From the NCBI GenBank assembly GCA_002269645.1, contig NIVC01001215.1:270625-334624 (forward strand): DNA of 64,000 nt. The letters are read 5' to 3'. Below are positions 39,440 through 51,820 of the stretch, piece after piece (within the stretch, counting starts at the first letter, position 1; each line of letters starts with the position of its first letter). The notes beneath the pieces were generated by a model. That model was given only the letters and a program-made list of their open reading frames with translations, made no database searches and was not told where the DNA came from. This DNA is from Macrostomum lignano (Eukaryota). Both the position numbers and the translations under genes were made by a program.

Positions 39440-39725
39440 AAAAAAAAAACTGATTGCCCTGCCTAATAGGCAGATGTGCAACCGACAGCTCAGCCGCAGC
39501 TATTGCGCGGCGCATCTGAAGGCTGCGTACGGCTGTTCTGTCCAAGGACTGGGGGGTCGCCACCCACCCTCAATTACCTCAGCTAATGCTGGCACCCATT
39601 TTACAGCTGGGTGAACTGAAGCAATGCAGAGTGAAGTGTCTTGCTCAACGACACAAATTTGTTCCGAGTGGGTCGAGAATCGAACCTCCGACCTTCCAGT
39701 CGTGACTCCGACGTTCCAACTAAAA
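39440..39725 (-). mobile_element. tRNA-derived SINE with CORE-like central domain
   Basis: Minus strand reads TAGTTGGAACGTCGG.. (A-box-like), GGTTCGATTC (B box, 39686-39677), then GTGTCGTTGAGCAAGACACTTCAC..CCCAGCTGTAAAATGGG, resembling the CORE domain (GTGACCTTGGGCAAGTCACTT..CATCTGTAAAATGGG). Ends in a T run. Confidence 0.7.
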
Positions 39726-39932
39726 TCTTTAACCCTAAAATCCTGAGTTCCTCAAATCCAAAGATTCACCGAGTTCCTTAAATCCCACAATGCCCCGAGT
39801 TCCCAAATCTTCCGATTCTTCAATTTTGCCACAATCTCCCATTTCTCAGAATAATCTTATTTCCCCGACCATCCAAAATCTCAAGATTTTCTGACTTCGA
39901 AGATCCTACAATACCTACAATTAGTCACCCGG

Positions 39933-40446
<514 letters not shown>

Positions 40447-40826
40447 CAATTCCAGTTATAATTGAGATGGCTTTCTCTACCCATTATAGATGCCTCTGCA
40501 CCTAGTACATATCTACATTCATTTTTTATATCAATAGATACCAATATCACTTTGTCTTACGACATTCTTACAGGTGAAACTAGAGAAAGAGCCTCTAACA
40601 TATTGTAGTGAAGGTAAATTATCAATATGTAAGTCATTAAGCATACATGTATAAAGCACAATGGATCAAAGCATGCAGTCACGCAAATAGTACTCAAGTG
40701 AGCTTAGGTAAATTATCCTCAGTGCGTTTAGATTTAGAATACAGTCTCGCTGCGGCCTGTTTACAGTGCACTGTACTGAGCTGTCAAACAATCTTATGTA
40801 GCAATGAATTGCAGTCCGTGGCGGGC

Positions 40827-41312
40827 TCATAGCTCCTCGCCGAGGTCGCAGATGCTCTCTGCAATCAGCCGGTAGGACACCCGGCCGTCACCATCGGCGG
40901 GAAATGTGTTCAACAAGGCGTCGAGCTCCTCGTCCGTCAGCGGCTCGCCTTTGGTGGTGAGCAGGTGGCGCAAATCCTGCATGTTGATGTAGCCATCGCC
41001 GTTGTGGTCCAGCACCTTGATGGCGTCCGCGAGCTCCCCCACGGAGCCCTGCTCCTTGGGGTAGCGCAGCATCACCTGGTAGAACTCGTCAAAGTCCATC
41101 GTGCCGTTGCCGTCCGTGTCCACCTCGGCGATGAGCTTCTGCAGCTCGGACTCGGTGGGCAGGCGGCCCAGCGCGCGCATCACGGCGCCCAGCGTGTCGT
41201 TGTCGATGTTGCCGTCGCCGTACTTGTCGAACAGGGAGAACACGTCATTCCACCGCGTCAGCTCCTCCTCGCTCACCTCGGGCTCGTCGGCCGGGTTCGT
41301 GGCAGCTGCCAT
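40827..41312 (-). CDS. Intronless calmodulin-like / myosin light chain-like EF-hand protein (161 aa)
   Basis: FSLFDKYGDGNI, VMRALGRLPTESEL, DTDGNGTMDFDEF (canonical EF2), DHNGDGYINMQDL, LTTKGEPLTDEEL; EF4 degenerate. Too divergent to be calmodulin itself. Confidence 0.9.
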   Translation of the reverse strand: MAAATNPADEPEVSEEELTRWNDVFSLFDKYGDGNIDNDTLGAVMRALGRLPTESELQKLIAEVDTDGNGTMDFDEFYQVMLRYPKEQGSVGELADAIKVLDHNGDGYINMQDLRHLLTTKGEPLTDEELDALLNTFPADGDGRVSYRLIAESICDLGEEL

Positions 41313-42627
41313 GTGGGTTGAGACTCGCTGGGGAGAGTCTGCTTTCAGGAGACCGGCTGGTGCTCAGGACTGAGCGGTGAGAGCTGGGGAGTTGGGGAGC
41401 TCAGAGATGAGGCGGCAAGGCTACGCGGTCAGAAAATGGGATTGCCAAGAATCCACAAAACACGCTGCGGAGAACAAAATAAAGAAGAGCGGGGGCCGGG
41501 AATGAGGGACCGGGGTGTCTGGGGAGGAAAACAATGCGCTTGGACTGGCAACAAAATTTGAGCGCTAAACTGCTCTGCCCCGTCTCCCCCCCCCCCTCCA
41601 TCGCTTCTTGTTGCCCCTGACAACTTGAGTAGCCTCGCGCATCCAACCCCAGCCCTCACAGCAGCAAGCCGCAGCAGCAGCAGGCGTGGCCGCGACCCCG
41701 CCAATGCCGAAGCAACTCTCAGACTGAGGTGCGGCGCGCAGGGCTGCATCAAATTGGCCATTCAAAGACTCAAGATGAGGGGGGGGCAGAGAGCAGAGAA
41801 AATAGCAAGTTGGCAACAATATGCTCACTGCGCTCTGTCGGACACAAAAAGGCTTGCTCAAAGAGAGAGAGAGACGCTGTTTGAAGATTCAGTTTAAAGT
41901 AGAGACCCGCACAATGCCGAGACAGCCGCGTCTCTTCCTGTCCTCTCCCAGCGCAGACCGGCCTCTGCCTTGAATAGGCCAGCAGATGCCGCTCCGGCGT
42001 GTCTCACAGCGGACAAAGCCAGTCCCATCAACCCCCACCCTTCCCTGGGCTCTCTTGCAAGCTTTTGCCTGCAACCCCGTGTAGCAGCCAGTGGCTACTG
42101 ATAGTAGGCACTTCAGTCAGTACCACTCGAAATGAAAATTAAACAAGCAGAAACCATGAAAAGCTTTGCGATGCATAAATCAGGGGATGCCTCATTAACA
42201 GGGTCCTGAGGGCTGAATGAGTCATGTGTCGGCATTATTATTATTTGATATCAAAATTAAAAAGCCACGAGCGGTCGGTATTAACAGCAATAATATATGT
42301 ACTAATTACAAACGCTAAAAAAGCACTGTTACATGTCGAAATTGATTGTACCTGTAAAAAGTTGAAAAATTGCATTGCTAGGAAATAAAACGAGTTAATG
42401 CAAATTGGGACTGGCAGCAGAGCAAGGTTAGCGAAAAATCTATCCGTCTAAAAATCAATTTACAAACAAATAAAACCGGGCCTGTGCAGCCTCAGCTGGC
42501 TCATATTAGAGAAATATTATAAACTGCAGGGCATGTGTACACGGGCCGAACTTCAGGGAACAGAATAAACTCTATTGACCAGCAGCAGAGATTAAACGAG
42601 GCCGAATCAATCAATCTCAGCCTGCCG

Positions 42628-44231
42628 TCACAGCCGCCGCTGTCTGCTGGAGAAGGCGTTCGCCCGTCGAAGCAGCGGTGCCGTCCTGCGGACTCGGCGA
42701 AGCCGCAGTGCTGAGCCGCCGCAGCCTTCGCCGATGCTCCTCGCCGTGTCATCGTCACCATCGCCTACAGGCGGGGAGACAACGGCGACCACGGTGACAT
42801 CAGCGGCGGGGCTGCCGAAGCCGGGCGGCGGCGTCAGGACCAGCGAGCCGGGGCGACAGCCGCTCAGCGAGGATTCGGTGCTGGACGGCAGCAGGGAGGA
42901 CTTGTAGGACGAGGCCGAGGAGGGCGACTGGTTAGTCGGTCCGACCCGGCGGAGGCTCCAAGCCGGCAGTCGGTGCCGCAGGCGCAGTCGACGCGTCGAA
43001 GGCGCCGACGGAGGAGGCGGGGGCGGCGGGGGCGGTGGAGTTGCGGACAGCAGCGAGGAGGTCGAAGTCGGCGTGGCGACCGAGCCGACGAGTCGGAAGC
43101 TGCTGGCGGCACTGCTGAAGTCGAGGCCGGCGAGGTCCGGGTTCACCGGCGCGCCGCCCACGAGGCCGCCGCTGGCCAGGGGGCTGCAGCGGCTGTTGTG
43201 CAGCAGCGGCGAGTTGACGGCGAAGCTGCCAATAGACGGCGACGAAGACGCTGGCGAGAGGAAGTCGCTGACCCGGCCGGCTTCCGTGTCGACGGTGGTG
43301 CTCGGCGACGGTTCGGCCAGCAGGCGGGCGAGCAGCTGGCGCGAGTAGGGCGGCATCGCCGACTCGCCTGGCAGCTGGGCGTCCGGCTGCGGTTGAGCTG
43401 CCGCCCGTTGGTGCGGTGTTGAAGAGGCTGCAGCCGGGGCCGTTGCCGTAGCCGCTGTTGACGGCACCGCCGCCGAGCTCTGGAGCGTCAGGCGAACTTC
43501 GTCGCCAAATAGTTCTCTGGTGCTGTCGCCAACACCGGTGCCGGCGCCACGGTCTCTCGAAGGATCCGCCGGAGTCGCCGATGCCACAGCGGCCGACCGG
43601 GCAGCCGCTGAAGCGGCCGCGGCCTCGATCTCCGCGGACACGTTGTACCAGTCGATGGTCTCCGACCGGTTTAGATCAGAACCCGACGTCGCAGCCACCG
43701 CAGCTGCCGCAGCTGCCGCAGTGACATCCGGTGAAAAGTCGGCGGCAGCCACGCGCTGGCAGAAGTCGCAGTCGCAATTCTGCCGCCGCTCGCCGGCGGA
43801 CTCTCCGCTGTCCGGCCGAGTTGAAACGGACGAGTTGGCGACGGAGAAGACGACAGACCGTCCGCGGCTGCTCGAGCACCGCCTCGATTCGCCCCGCCGC
43901 CGAGCACGAGCGAGTCGCCGCCGCTGCTGGCGATGCCGCTCAGAGATGGAGAGGCCGAACTGAAGAGCAGTGGGTGGACGGTCTCGTACAGCTGGTCGCT
44001 GAGCAGCTGCGGTCCGGGCCTGGTGTGCCCGGCCACAGCCCGGACAGGTGGCAGGTAGTACAGCGGAGCATGCGGTGCCCTCGCCAGCCAGGAGGTCGCG
44101 GTGGAAGCCGACGCTGCCTGAGTGGCAGTTGCGACGGCTGCGGGTTCGGAGTTGCGCTTAGCCGCCGGGCCACCCCGGAGACGATCCCTCAGGGCCACCA
44201 GCGGGTGCCTCCTCAGCCGGCTGTCCTTCAT
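42628..44231 (-). CDS. Probable single long Ser/Ala/Pro-rich, largely disordered protein (about 534 aa) split by a 1-nt frameshift near 43893
   Basis: Frame A open 44231-43671, frame B open 44157-42628. One extra G in the G4 run (+ strand C4 at 43892-43895) joins them. GC-rich coding-like; no known domain. Confidence 0.55.
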
Positions 44232-45379
44232 GCCTATCTGATTCAGTTGGTGCTTGTGGCCTGCGATTTGATTTCAGCTGAGGGTGCACCAAAGCGGGCC
44301 AGAGTTTAGTGGGGGACTGCAGTTCATGCGAATATAGCAGAAGGGTGGCTGGGTGCTGAATTGGGGGGGGGGTGAGAGGGGAAGACTTTTATGGCGTGGC
44401 TGGGCTGTGCAGAGGGGCAGAGAGGACGGGCGGACAGAGGGGGAGAACTGATGTACATTGCCAGTTGTACAGACAAGCAAACGCTTGCACAAAACTTCAT
44501 TTGAATTTTAGCCTATTTGCAATTCAGACCTGACTGTCTTACTTATCTAAGCACTCCTACGACCTTCATGCCATCGTTAATGAGCTACTACTCAGTCACT
44601 TTTGACCGGCTAATGTACAAAGCCATTAAAATCGAAGCGCAAGTCGCGGCGGTCTCTCATTCCTTATTGAGGCGCAGCAAAACTGATACGATTCTTAGAA
44701 AGCTAATCAGAAGTCAACCGAACGATAAAGTTTTTAATTCGTTGTCCTTGAAGTTTATCAGTAAAGCCACTTGCATTCCTTATAGCTATCCTTATAGTGT
44801 GGAGCCGTATATTATAAACGTGATGCAACTCTGCATCGGCAGCGGGAATGCCTCTAGAAGCAAACAGACATGCAGAAGCCATCCGGGTGGCAGCTCTGAA
44901 GGGGCGCTGCGGCTCCATGCCTGTTTAGAATTCGTATCGCAGTCTCCCTGGACAGAAGCAGATATATTTGACATTGTTCCCTCTATTCTGCTCTATGTTG
45001 AAACGCAAGCCCCCCTTGCTGTGCAGCCTCCCAATGCGCCAATCAATAAGCAAAAATGCATCTCCCACATTAGGAAGTCTGTTATCCCCCATCATGCAGC
45101 TTCATCAAATGCTTTTGAGAGCAGCAGCCCCCCCCCCTGCGCCTGCCCACCGGTCTCAGCTGCTGGTAGACAGCGGCAACAAATGGGACCTGCTGGACAA
45201 ACTCAGGCTTTTTCATTCCATTTGCTTTTTTATCATCACAATTGCAGATATCCCCGCTGACCGCGCATCCCACTGGCCCTCTGCCCCACTCCCCGCTCCC
45301 TGGCTCTTGAGAACTAGCCGATGCCAGTAGCTCAAACAGCTGCTCACCCTCTCCTTGGCCCGGACCCAGCCCTGACCGG

Positions 45380-45393
45380 GTTGCTATGACAAC
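45380..45393. promoter_or_regulatory. RFX X-box-like palindrome GTTGCTATGACAAC
   Basis: Fits GTHNYY-AT-RRNAAC; about 100 bp upstream of ATG 45497. Confidence 0.55.
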
Positions 45394-45496
45394 AGTGTAG
45401 CTAAACAAAAGCCCCAACTTAAGCCGTCTCTCTAGAGACGTGGGCGAGAGACACCCATTCTGCTATCTGCATCAAAGCGAAAAGTCACTGACTGGA

Positions 45497-48400
45497 ATGA
45501 GCTCGCCCGACCCCATTGCTGTCCGTAAGTCTTAAAGCCGCAAGTAGCATTTTACTCCTACGACGTTCTGGGACTCACTGATGATTCAGAGGAGATTCTG
45601 AGAATCACTGATGATTCAGATGAGATTCTGAGAATCACTGATGATTCAGATGAGATTCTGAGAATCATTGTTGATGATTCAGATGAGATTTCGAGACTCA
45701 CTGATGGTCCAATTGAGGAGACTCCGGGAGTCACTGATCCGGTTAAATGGACACTGAGAGTCAGTCACTGATATAGACTGAGGCACTGACAGTCACAACT
45801 GATCCAACCGCGCATCCTCCTCACCTTCAGCAGCTGGCCGCTGGATTCTGCCGCTGGTGCTGCTGACGGCGCTGCTGCCCGCCTGCTGCCGGGCAGAGAA
45901 CAGCGCAATGTGCGCGACGCCGGCCAGCGGCTGGGAGTCCACCTACCTGTCGGACATCGGAATGTGCGTGTACACCCAGGACTTTGCCACCCGCGCCAGG
46001 TTCGGCTTCGCCGACAGCCAGGCGAATTGCGCGGCCGCCACGAGCACCACGGGCCTGGCCAAGCTGGCCGAGCCGCACACGGAGCAGAAGCAGATCCAGC
46101 TGCTCAACGCCATGCTGAAGAAGTCGCTTGGCTATTTGCGAATCTGGACTGGGGCCTCGTGCGATGGTGAGTCGGGGGCTTGCGGCCTCCTGTGATGGTG
46201 AGGGGGGCTTGGGGTCTCGTGTGGTGAGAGGGGCTTGGGGACTCGTGTAATGGTGAGGCGGGCTTGGGCCTCGTGTGATGGTGAGTCGGGGGCTTGCGGC
46301 CTCCTGTGATGGTGAGGGGGGCTTGGGGTCTCGTGTGGTGAGAGGGGCTTGGGAACTCGTGTAATGGTGAGGCGGGCTTGGGCCTCGTGTGATGGTGAGT
46401 CGGGGGCTTGCGGCCTCCTGTGATGGTGAGGGGGGCTTGGGGTCTCGTGTGATGGTGAGAGGGGCTTGGGGTCTCGTGTGATGGTGAGGGGGGCTTGCGG
46501 CCTCCTGTGATGGTGAGGGGGGCTTGGGGTCTCGTGGGATGATGAGAGGGGCTTGGGGTCTCGTGTGATGGTGAGGGGGGCTTGGGGTCTCGTGTAATGG
46601 TGAGGGGGCTTGGGGTCTCGTGTAATGGTGAGGGGGCTTGGGGCCTCGTGTAATGGTGAGGGGGGCTTGGGGTCTCGTGTGATGGTGAGGCGGGCTTGGG
46701 GCCTCGTCTGATGGTGAGGGGTGGGGGTTCACAGCCTATTCGCGGCGCCTGCATCCCCGTCAGTAGTCAGTAGAGTATTTATTGCTCAGAGACTTCCCCA
46801 CCTCACCCGCTACCATTTTCCGCAGTCGCGAGCTCCCGCTTCGTCTGGTCGACTGGAAGCCCCGTCACGCCGCTGGTGGCCTGCAGCAGCGCCACCGCCC
46901 GACTGTACTTCAGCGGCGAACCGACCACTGACTACTCTTCCTTTGTGTCCAGCTTCGTTGGAACCACAAACCTTAGCCTCACCTACGTGCAGTTGTGCGA
47001 GTATGGAGGTGAGCCATGGGAGACTCAGCGATTGGGCGGAGTCGCTCCTCTTTTCCGGAAAATCACGGCCAGTCAAGCTCAAGCGTTAAGCCATATCCCA
47101 TCAAGCCTTTTTCCATCAAGCGTTAAGCCATACCCTATCAAGCCTTATTCCATCAAGCGTACAGCCTACCCCAGTCCCCAACAAGCGTTCAGCCCCGTCT
47201 CATCTTGCGCACAGCTCGAACGCCGCCCGCCCCGACCACTCAGCCCCGCAGTGCGACCCATTCACGGTCAGCAGCTATAACAACGCCACCATGCGGCTCA
47301 GCGCCACCGCCTACGCCAACCGGACGGTGCGCTTTAACTGCGCGCCCGGTTTCTACCGGCCCTCGGAGATCGTGCTGGTTGGCGGCGCTGTGGACAAGAC
47401 CGCCACGGCTTCCAACAACCTCTTCCACTGCAACTTCGTGCCCGGAGGCACCGACGGCCGCGGCACCGCCAGCTTTGTGCAGGTCGGCAGCATGCTGCCG
47501 CTAGAGCAATGCCAGCGTGAGTTTCCCGCGCTCCACGGATGCTCTGTCTGGGTGGTGTCCAGGGACAAGCGCTGCTGAAGCTGGCGGTGCCGAAGCTGCT
47601 GCAGTATCTAATTTGTCCCAAACTAAAGTACATGAATAGGCAGGGCACAGCGTTGCTAAGCAAAAAACCCGAAAGTAGTGGACAAAACTTTACCTCCAAT
47701 ATATTTGGTAATCTGGTAATTTTCGCTCGAAAAAAGTCCCGCTAGTCATACTCTCGTATCTCGATGTGCAGCCAGCAACGCTGCCCTCTTCTTAGCATTG
47801 ATGAGAAGTTGGAAAGCAAGAGCGAGGTGCTGTTTCTTGGTGTCAAGTCAACGGTTTAGTGCCTTTAGCTCATCAAACTTTCCAGTTGCATTTACTTCAT
47901 CACAAACATTCGTTAAGGCAATGTTACCATAAACAAAATTTCTATCTCAAAATAAATGACGCGCAGGTGGTTGCACTTCTAATAATCCTCCTTGATAGCC
48001 TGAATCTCTGGGTCGCCGATAGGTCAGTCGGTCGTGTGTCTTCTGTCAGTTGCTTCTCCTCAGTCCCCAGTGTGCCATGCTTAAGTGTGTCTTTAGCATG
48101 ACAAACTCGCGATGCTACTGCTGTCAGTAGGAACTAAACCACCTTCTGTCCAACCACCTCAAACCCATGCAGCTAGCAGCTGCCAGGGCTGGGTGCTGCT
48201 TAACCAGACCATCATCCAGGATGTGGAGGACTACAAATCGGGCGTGGAGGCTAACCGCAACTACAATTTCGGCGAGGTCATCCCGCTGCAGTGCAAGCGC
48301 GGCTACGTCAGCGTCACTGACGATATGAGCACCTCTGCTCAGCTGGTCTGCGGCCAGAGCGACCTGAACCCCAGCCTGGGCATGTGGACTCCCGCCACTC

Positions 48401-50471
48401 TGGTGGTGTGTACGGGTGAGTCTGACCTTCCCAATCTGACCTGTCCAATCTGACCTGTCCAATCTGACCTGTCCAATCTGACCTGCCCAATCTGACCTGT
48501 CCAATCTGACCTGTCCAATCTGACCTGACCCGAACTGACCAGACCCAAACTGACCAAGCATTCTGCGCTATCCGCCCCTCTGCAGCCATCCGATGCAAGG
48601 GCGTCATGCCTTTCTACGACTTCACCAAGATGACGGCCTACAAAGCCTTCAACCGACTCAAGGACCGGTCCTTCACCTCGGACGAGAGCAACCGCTTCCC
48701 CTACTACCCGAACGAGGTGTCCCTCCGCTGCCGGCACGAGGGCAAATTTTTCATGGACCGCACCTACGACAAGGCGCTGAAGTGCGACCTGCCGAACAAC
48801 GGCACCAACACCACTGCCGTCTGGTTCCCATTCGGCGGCACCGTGCTCAGCAAGGACATCATGGACTGCAAACGTGAGTCCCCACTTGCGTCTTCTTGAA
48901 ACAGTCATTTTATACTACTCGCTAGGTAGTAGTGTTGGAGGCTTACCGAAAGTTACTAACCTAAACTGAAACAACTAGATCATTCTGGTGGTAATGCACA
49001 AAGCCTTAACTGAATCAACTAGATCATTCTGGCGGTAATGCACAAAGCCTAAACTGAATCAACTAGATCATTCTGGCGGTAATGCACAAAGCCTAAACTG
49101 AATCAACTAGATCATTCTGGTGCTAACCAAACACCCTCCCCACCTCGCAGCCATCACCTGCCTGACCAAGGAGATCGTGCTCCTCACCCAGCAAGAGCAT
49201 GTGCTCGTCTACCTGCTGCAGTCCAACTTGAACGAGACGCTGATCATCACCAATCCCGACGACACCGTGGCCACGACCACCGTCTTGGACTTCGCCACCA
49301 CCACGGAGTTTGACTACGGGGCTCGGGTTCGATTCACCTGCCAGAGCGGCTACCAGATGAACGCGCCGGGCGAGGGAGGACATGCGAAACTGGTGAACTC
49401 CACTGAAGTCAGCTGCATCAGCACCGGCACTTGGAGCTTCAGGATCTCATCCTGCATCAGTGGGTGCTGCACCAGAGCTCAACCTCTGGAATCCACACTG
49501 CCACTCACTCCAGCCCAGTGCCACTCACTCCAACCCAGCGCCACTCACTCCAATTCAGCGCCACTCGAATCCAATCCAGCGCCACTCCAATCCAACCCAG
49601 GGCCACTCCAATCCATTTCAGCACCATTCCAATCCAATCCAGCGCCACTCCAATCCAATCCAGTGCCAACCCAAACCAATCCAGTGCCACTCTAATCCAA
49701 CCCAGGGCCACTCCAATCCATTTCAGCACCATTCCAATCCAATCCAGTGCCACTCTAATCCAATCCAGTGCCACTCTAATCCAATCCAGTGCCACTCTAA
49801 ACCAATCCAGTGCCACTCCAATCCAATCCAGTGCCAACCCAAACCAATCCAGTGCCAACCCAAACCAATCCAGTGCCACTCTAATCCAATCCAGTGCCAC
49901 TCTAATCCAATCCAGTGCCACTCTAATCCAATCCAGTGCCACTCTAATCCAATCCAGTGCCACTCTAAACCAATCCAGTACCACTCCAAACCAACCCAGT
50001 GCCACTCTAATCCAATCCAGTGCCACTCTAAACCAATCCAGTGCCACTCCAATCCAATCCAGTGCCAACCCAAACCAATCCAGTGCCACTCTAATCCAAT
50101 CCAGTGCCACTCTAATCCAATCCAGTGCCACTCTAATCCAATCCAGTGTCACTCTAATCCAATCCAGTGCCACTCTAATCCAATCCAGTGCCACTCTAAT
50201 CCAATCCAGTGCCACTCCAATCCACCAAATCCGCTGACCCGCAGAGCAAACGGAGGCCCTGCAGCTTACTGGCAGCGGGGTTCGCTACGTCCCTCCGGCC
50301 CAGGAGGCCGCGGGCGCCCAGTCGCTGGGCGTGGTGGTCATCATCATCCTGATCGCGTTCTTCGGCACCATCTTAATCCTGGACCTGGCCACCATCGCCA
50401 GAGACGTGAAGCTGCTGCGGACGAACCTCAAGCGGATCAAGCTGAAGGTCCAGCTGAAGAAGGCCAAGTAG
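45497..50471 (+). CDS. Type I membrane protein: signal peptide, atypical C-type lectin-like domain, about 4 Sushi/CCP-like modules, TM, basic tail. Exons 45497-45524, 45831-46166, 46826-47008, 47244-47516, 48173-48415, 48586-48873, 49151-49459, 50245-50471.
   Basis: All seven introns GT-AG and phase 1, giving one continuous frame. VRFNCAPGFY, IPLQCKRGY..GMWTPATLVVC, VSLRCRHEG, DYGARVRFTCQSGY..CISTGTWS..SC are Sushi-like; SLGVVVIIILIAFFGTILILDLATI is TM. Confidence 0.85.
45560..45700. repeat. 30-bp short tandem repeat (GAATCACTGATGATTCAGATGAGATTCTGA) in intron 1 of the lectin-Sushi gene
   Basis: Read directly, 3-4 copies. Confidence 0.8.
46161..46725. repeat. Intron-2 minisatellite built from copies of the exon/intron junction (..ATG|GTGAG..), 26-32-bp units with a 114-bp higher-order period
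   Basis: About 19 (A/G)TGGTGAG motifs; the exact junction GATGGTGAGTCGGGGG recurs near 46277 and 46391. Confidence 0.9.
48421..48555. repeat. 14-bp intronic repeat TCTGACCTGTCCAA
   Basis: Period 14. Confidence 0.9.
48960..49120. repeat. 44-bp intronic repeat, about 3.5 copies
   Basis: AACTAGATCATTCTGG at 48973, 49017, 49061, 49105. Confidence 0.9.
49495..50225. repeat. 21-bp intronic minisatellite CCACTCTAATCCAATCCAGTG
   Basis: Read directly. Confidence 0.93.
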
Positions 50472-50597
50472 CCTCCGCTGCGAAAAAAGCTTACTGATAT
50501 CGAGAACAATGGAACTCTGTAATAGTAAACATTTTTGAGCCCTGATTCCATGATTCATGGGATTTTCATCAATAGGATAATTTAATGCTATTGGGTT

Positions 50598-50925
50598 TTT
50601 GTTGGGATCAGCTGTTGGGATCAGCTGTTGGGATCAGCTGTTGGGATCAGCTGTTAGGATCAGCTGTTGGGATCAGCTGTTGGGATCAGCTGTTGGGATC
50701 AGCTGTTGGGATCTGCTGAGTGATCAGCTGTTGGGATCAGCTGTTGGGATCTGCTTTTGGAATCTAACAATAAATTATAATGTTCCTGTATCTAAAGATA
50801 ACGCAAATCTATAGCATGAAACTTTTGCACTGAAATAGTATTCTACTAGAAGTTTGATCCACTGCCATGGAACTGCCATGGAACTGCCATGGAACTGCCA
50901 TGGAACGCCGTGGAACTGCCATGGA
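50598..50925. repeat. Two short tandem repeats: 13-bp GGGATCAGCTGTT (50598-50750) and 11-bp CCATGGAACTG (50860-50925)
   Basis: Read directly. Confidence 0.88.
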
Positions 50926-51820
50926 ACGGCGACCTCACAGTCTTTGCCCAGAAAATTTGCATTCGTTAAAAAATTATTGAAGAAAATCTGTTCCGAGTTC
51001 ACGCGTCAAAACCCTGGAGCAGTTTTAGCGGCCTCAACAACTTGCTTTATGGAATGCCTCCGTTTATAAAGCCAACTCCGTCGGAAATTAATCCGGCAAT
51101 GATTTCCGCATAAATACAGTTTTGAGACTCCCAACAGTTTGACTTTGACATCGCATGGCTCTGCGCTTAAGTTTGCCAAACTGACTGACTCACTCACTCT
51201 TTCCATCTCAAAAGTTGATGAAGGAAGCGAATTGCAAAGTTCTGGAGTCTTTCCTGCTTTTCACCTCCCTACTTTGCAAATGAGAAGAAAAGTTTTCTCA
51301 AGCATTTCCTGGCGGATTCTCTCGCAGAAGGCAGCAAAAAGCAATACGGGGCATGCAAGGGATGCAAGGAGGAGGCCCTAAGCTTGGCATTGATGAGGCA
51401 AGGAGGCTGGACGCAGGCGGAGGCAACCCTGGGACAAAGGGGAGGCTGAGTCGCCTTGTCTCCCGCGTCATGTCAGAAAATTTCCAGCCAGCGACTCCGC
51501 AGCAGGCGGGGGCTTCAATTCAATAATTCATCGCGGGTCTTCGGAGTGCCTCCGAGACTGGAGACTAAGTGCCTCCCCCTGCCGCTCCGCCACTGCCGCC
51601 CCTTCGCCCCTTCACCCCCGGTTGCTAGGGAAGCTTCTAAATCGAGAGAGCTTTTTTGCCAGCGATTGTCATTTATTTACCTGCTGACGCGCTGGTGACG
51701 GAGGTGGGGGGCGCCACTGCCTGCTGCAGCTACGCCGCATTTAGTTTGGCACTCTGGCTGGCCGGCTCGCTGGCTTTGTCCGATAGAATCTTCTCTGCTG
51801 CCACCGGCTTCTCCAAGCTA

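Noticed and set aside
39670-39725. Functional tRNA gene
   Set aside because: Only a partial tRNA-like head without an acceptor stem, fused to a SINE body.
46734-46760. Extra micro-exon in the lectin-Sushi gene
   Set aside because: The paralog aligns best with direct splicing of exon 2 to 46826; reading through this segment hits a stop.
49431-50497. Repetitive ORFs (IQSSATL, QCHSNPI, WIRVALD)
   Set aside because: Translations of the 21-bp array in intron 7.
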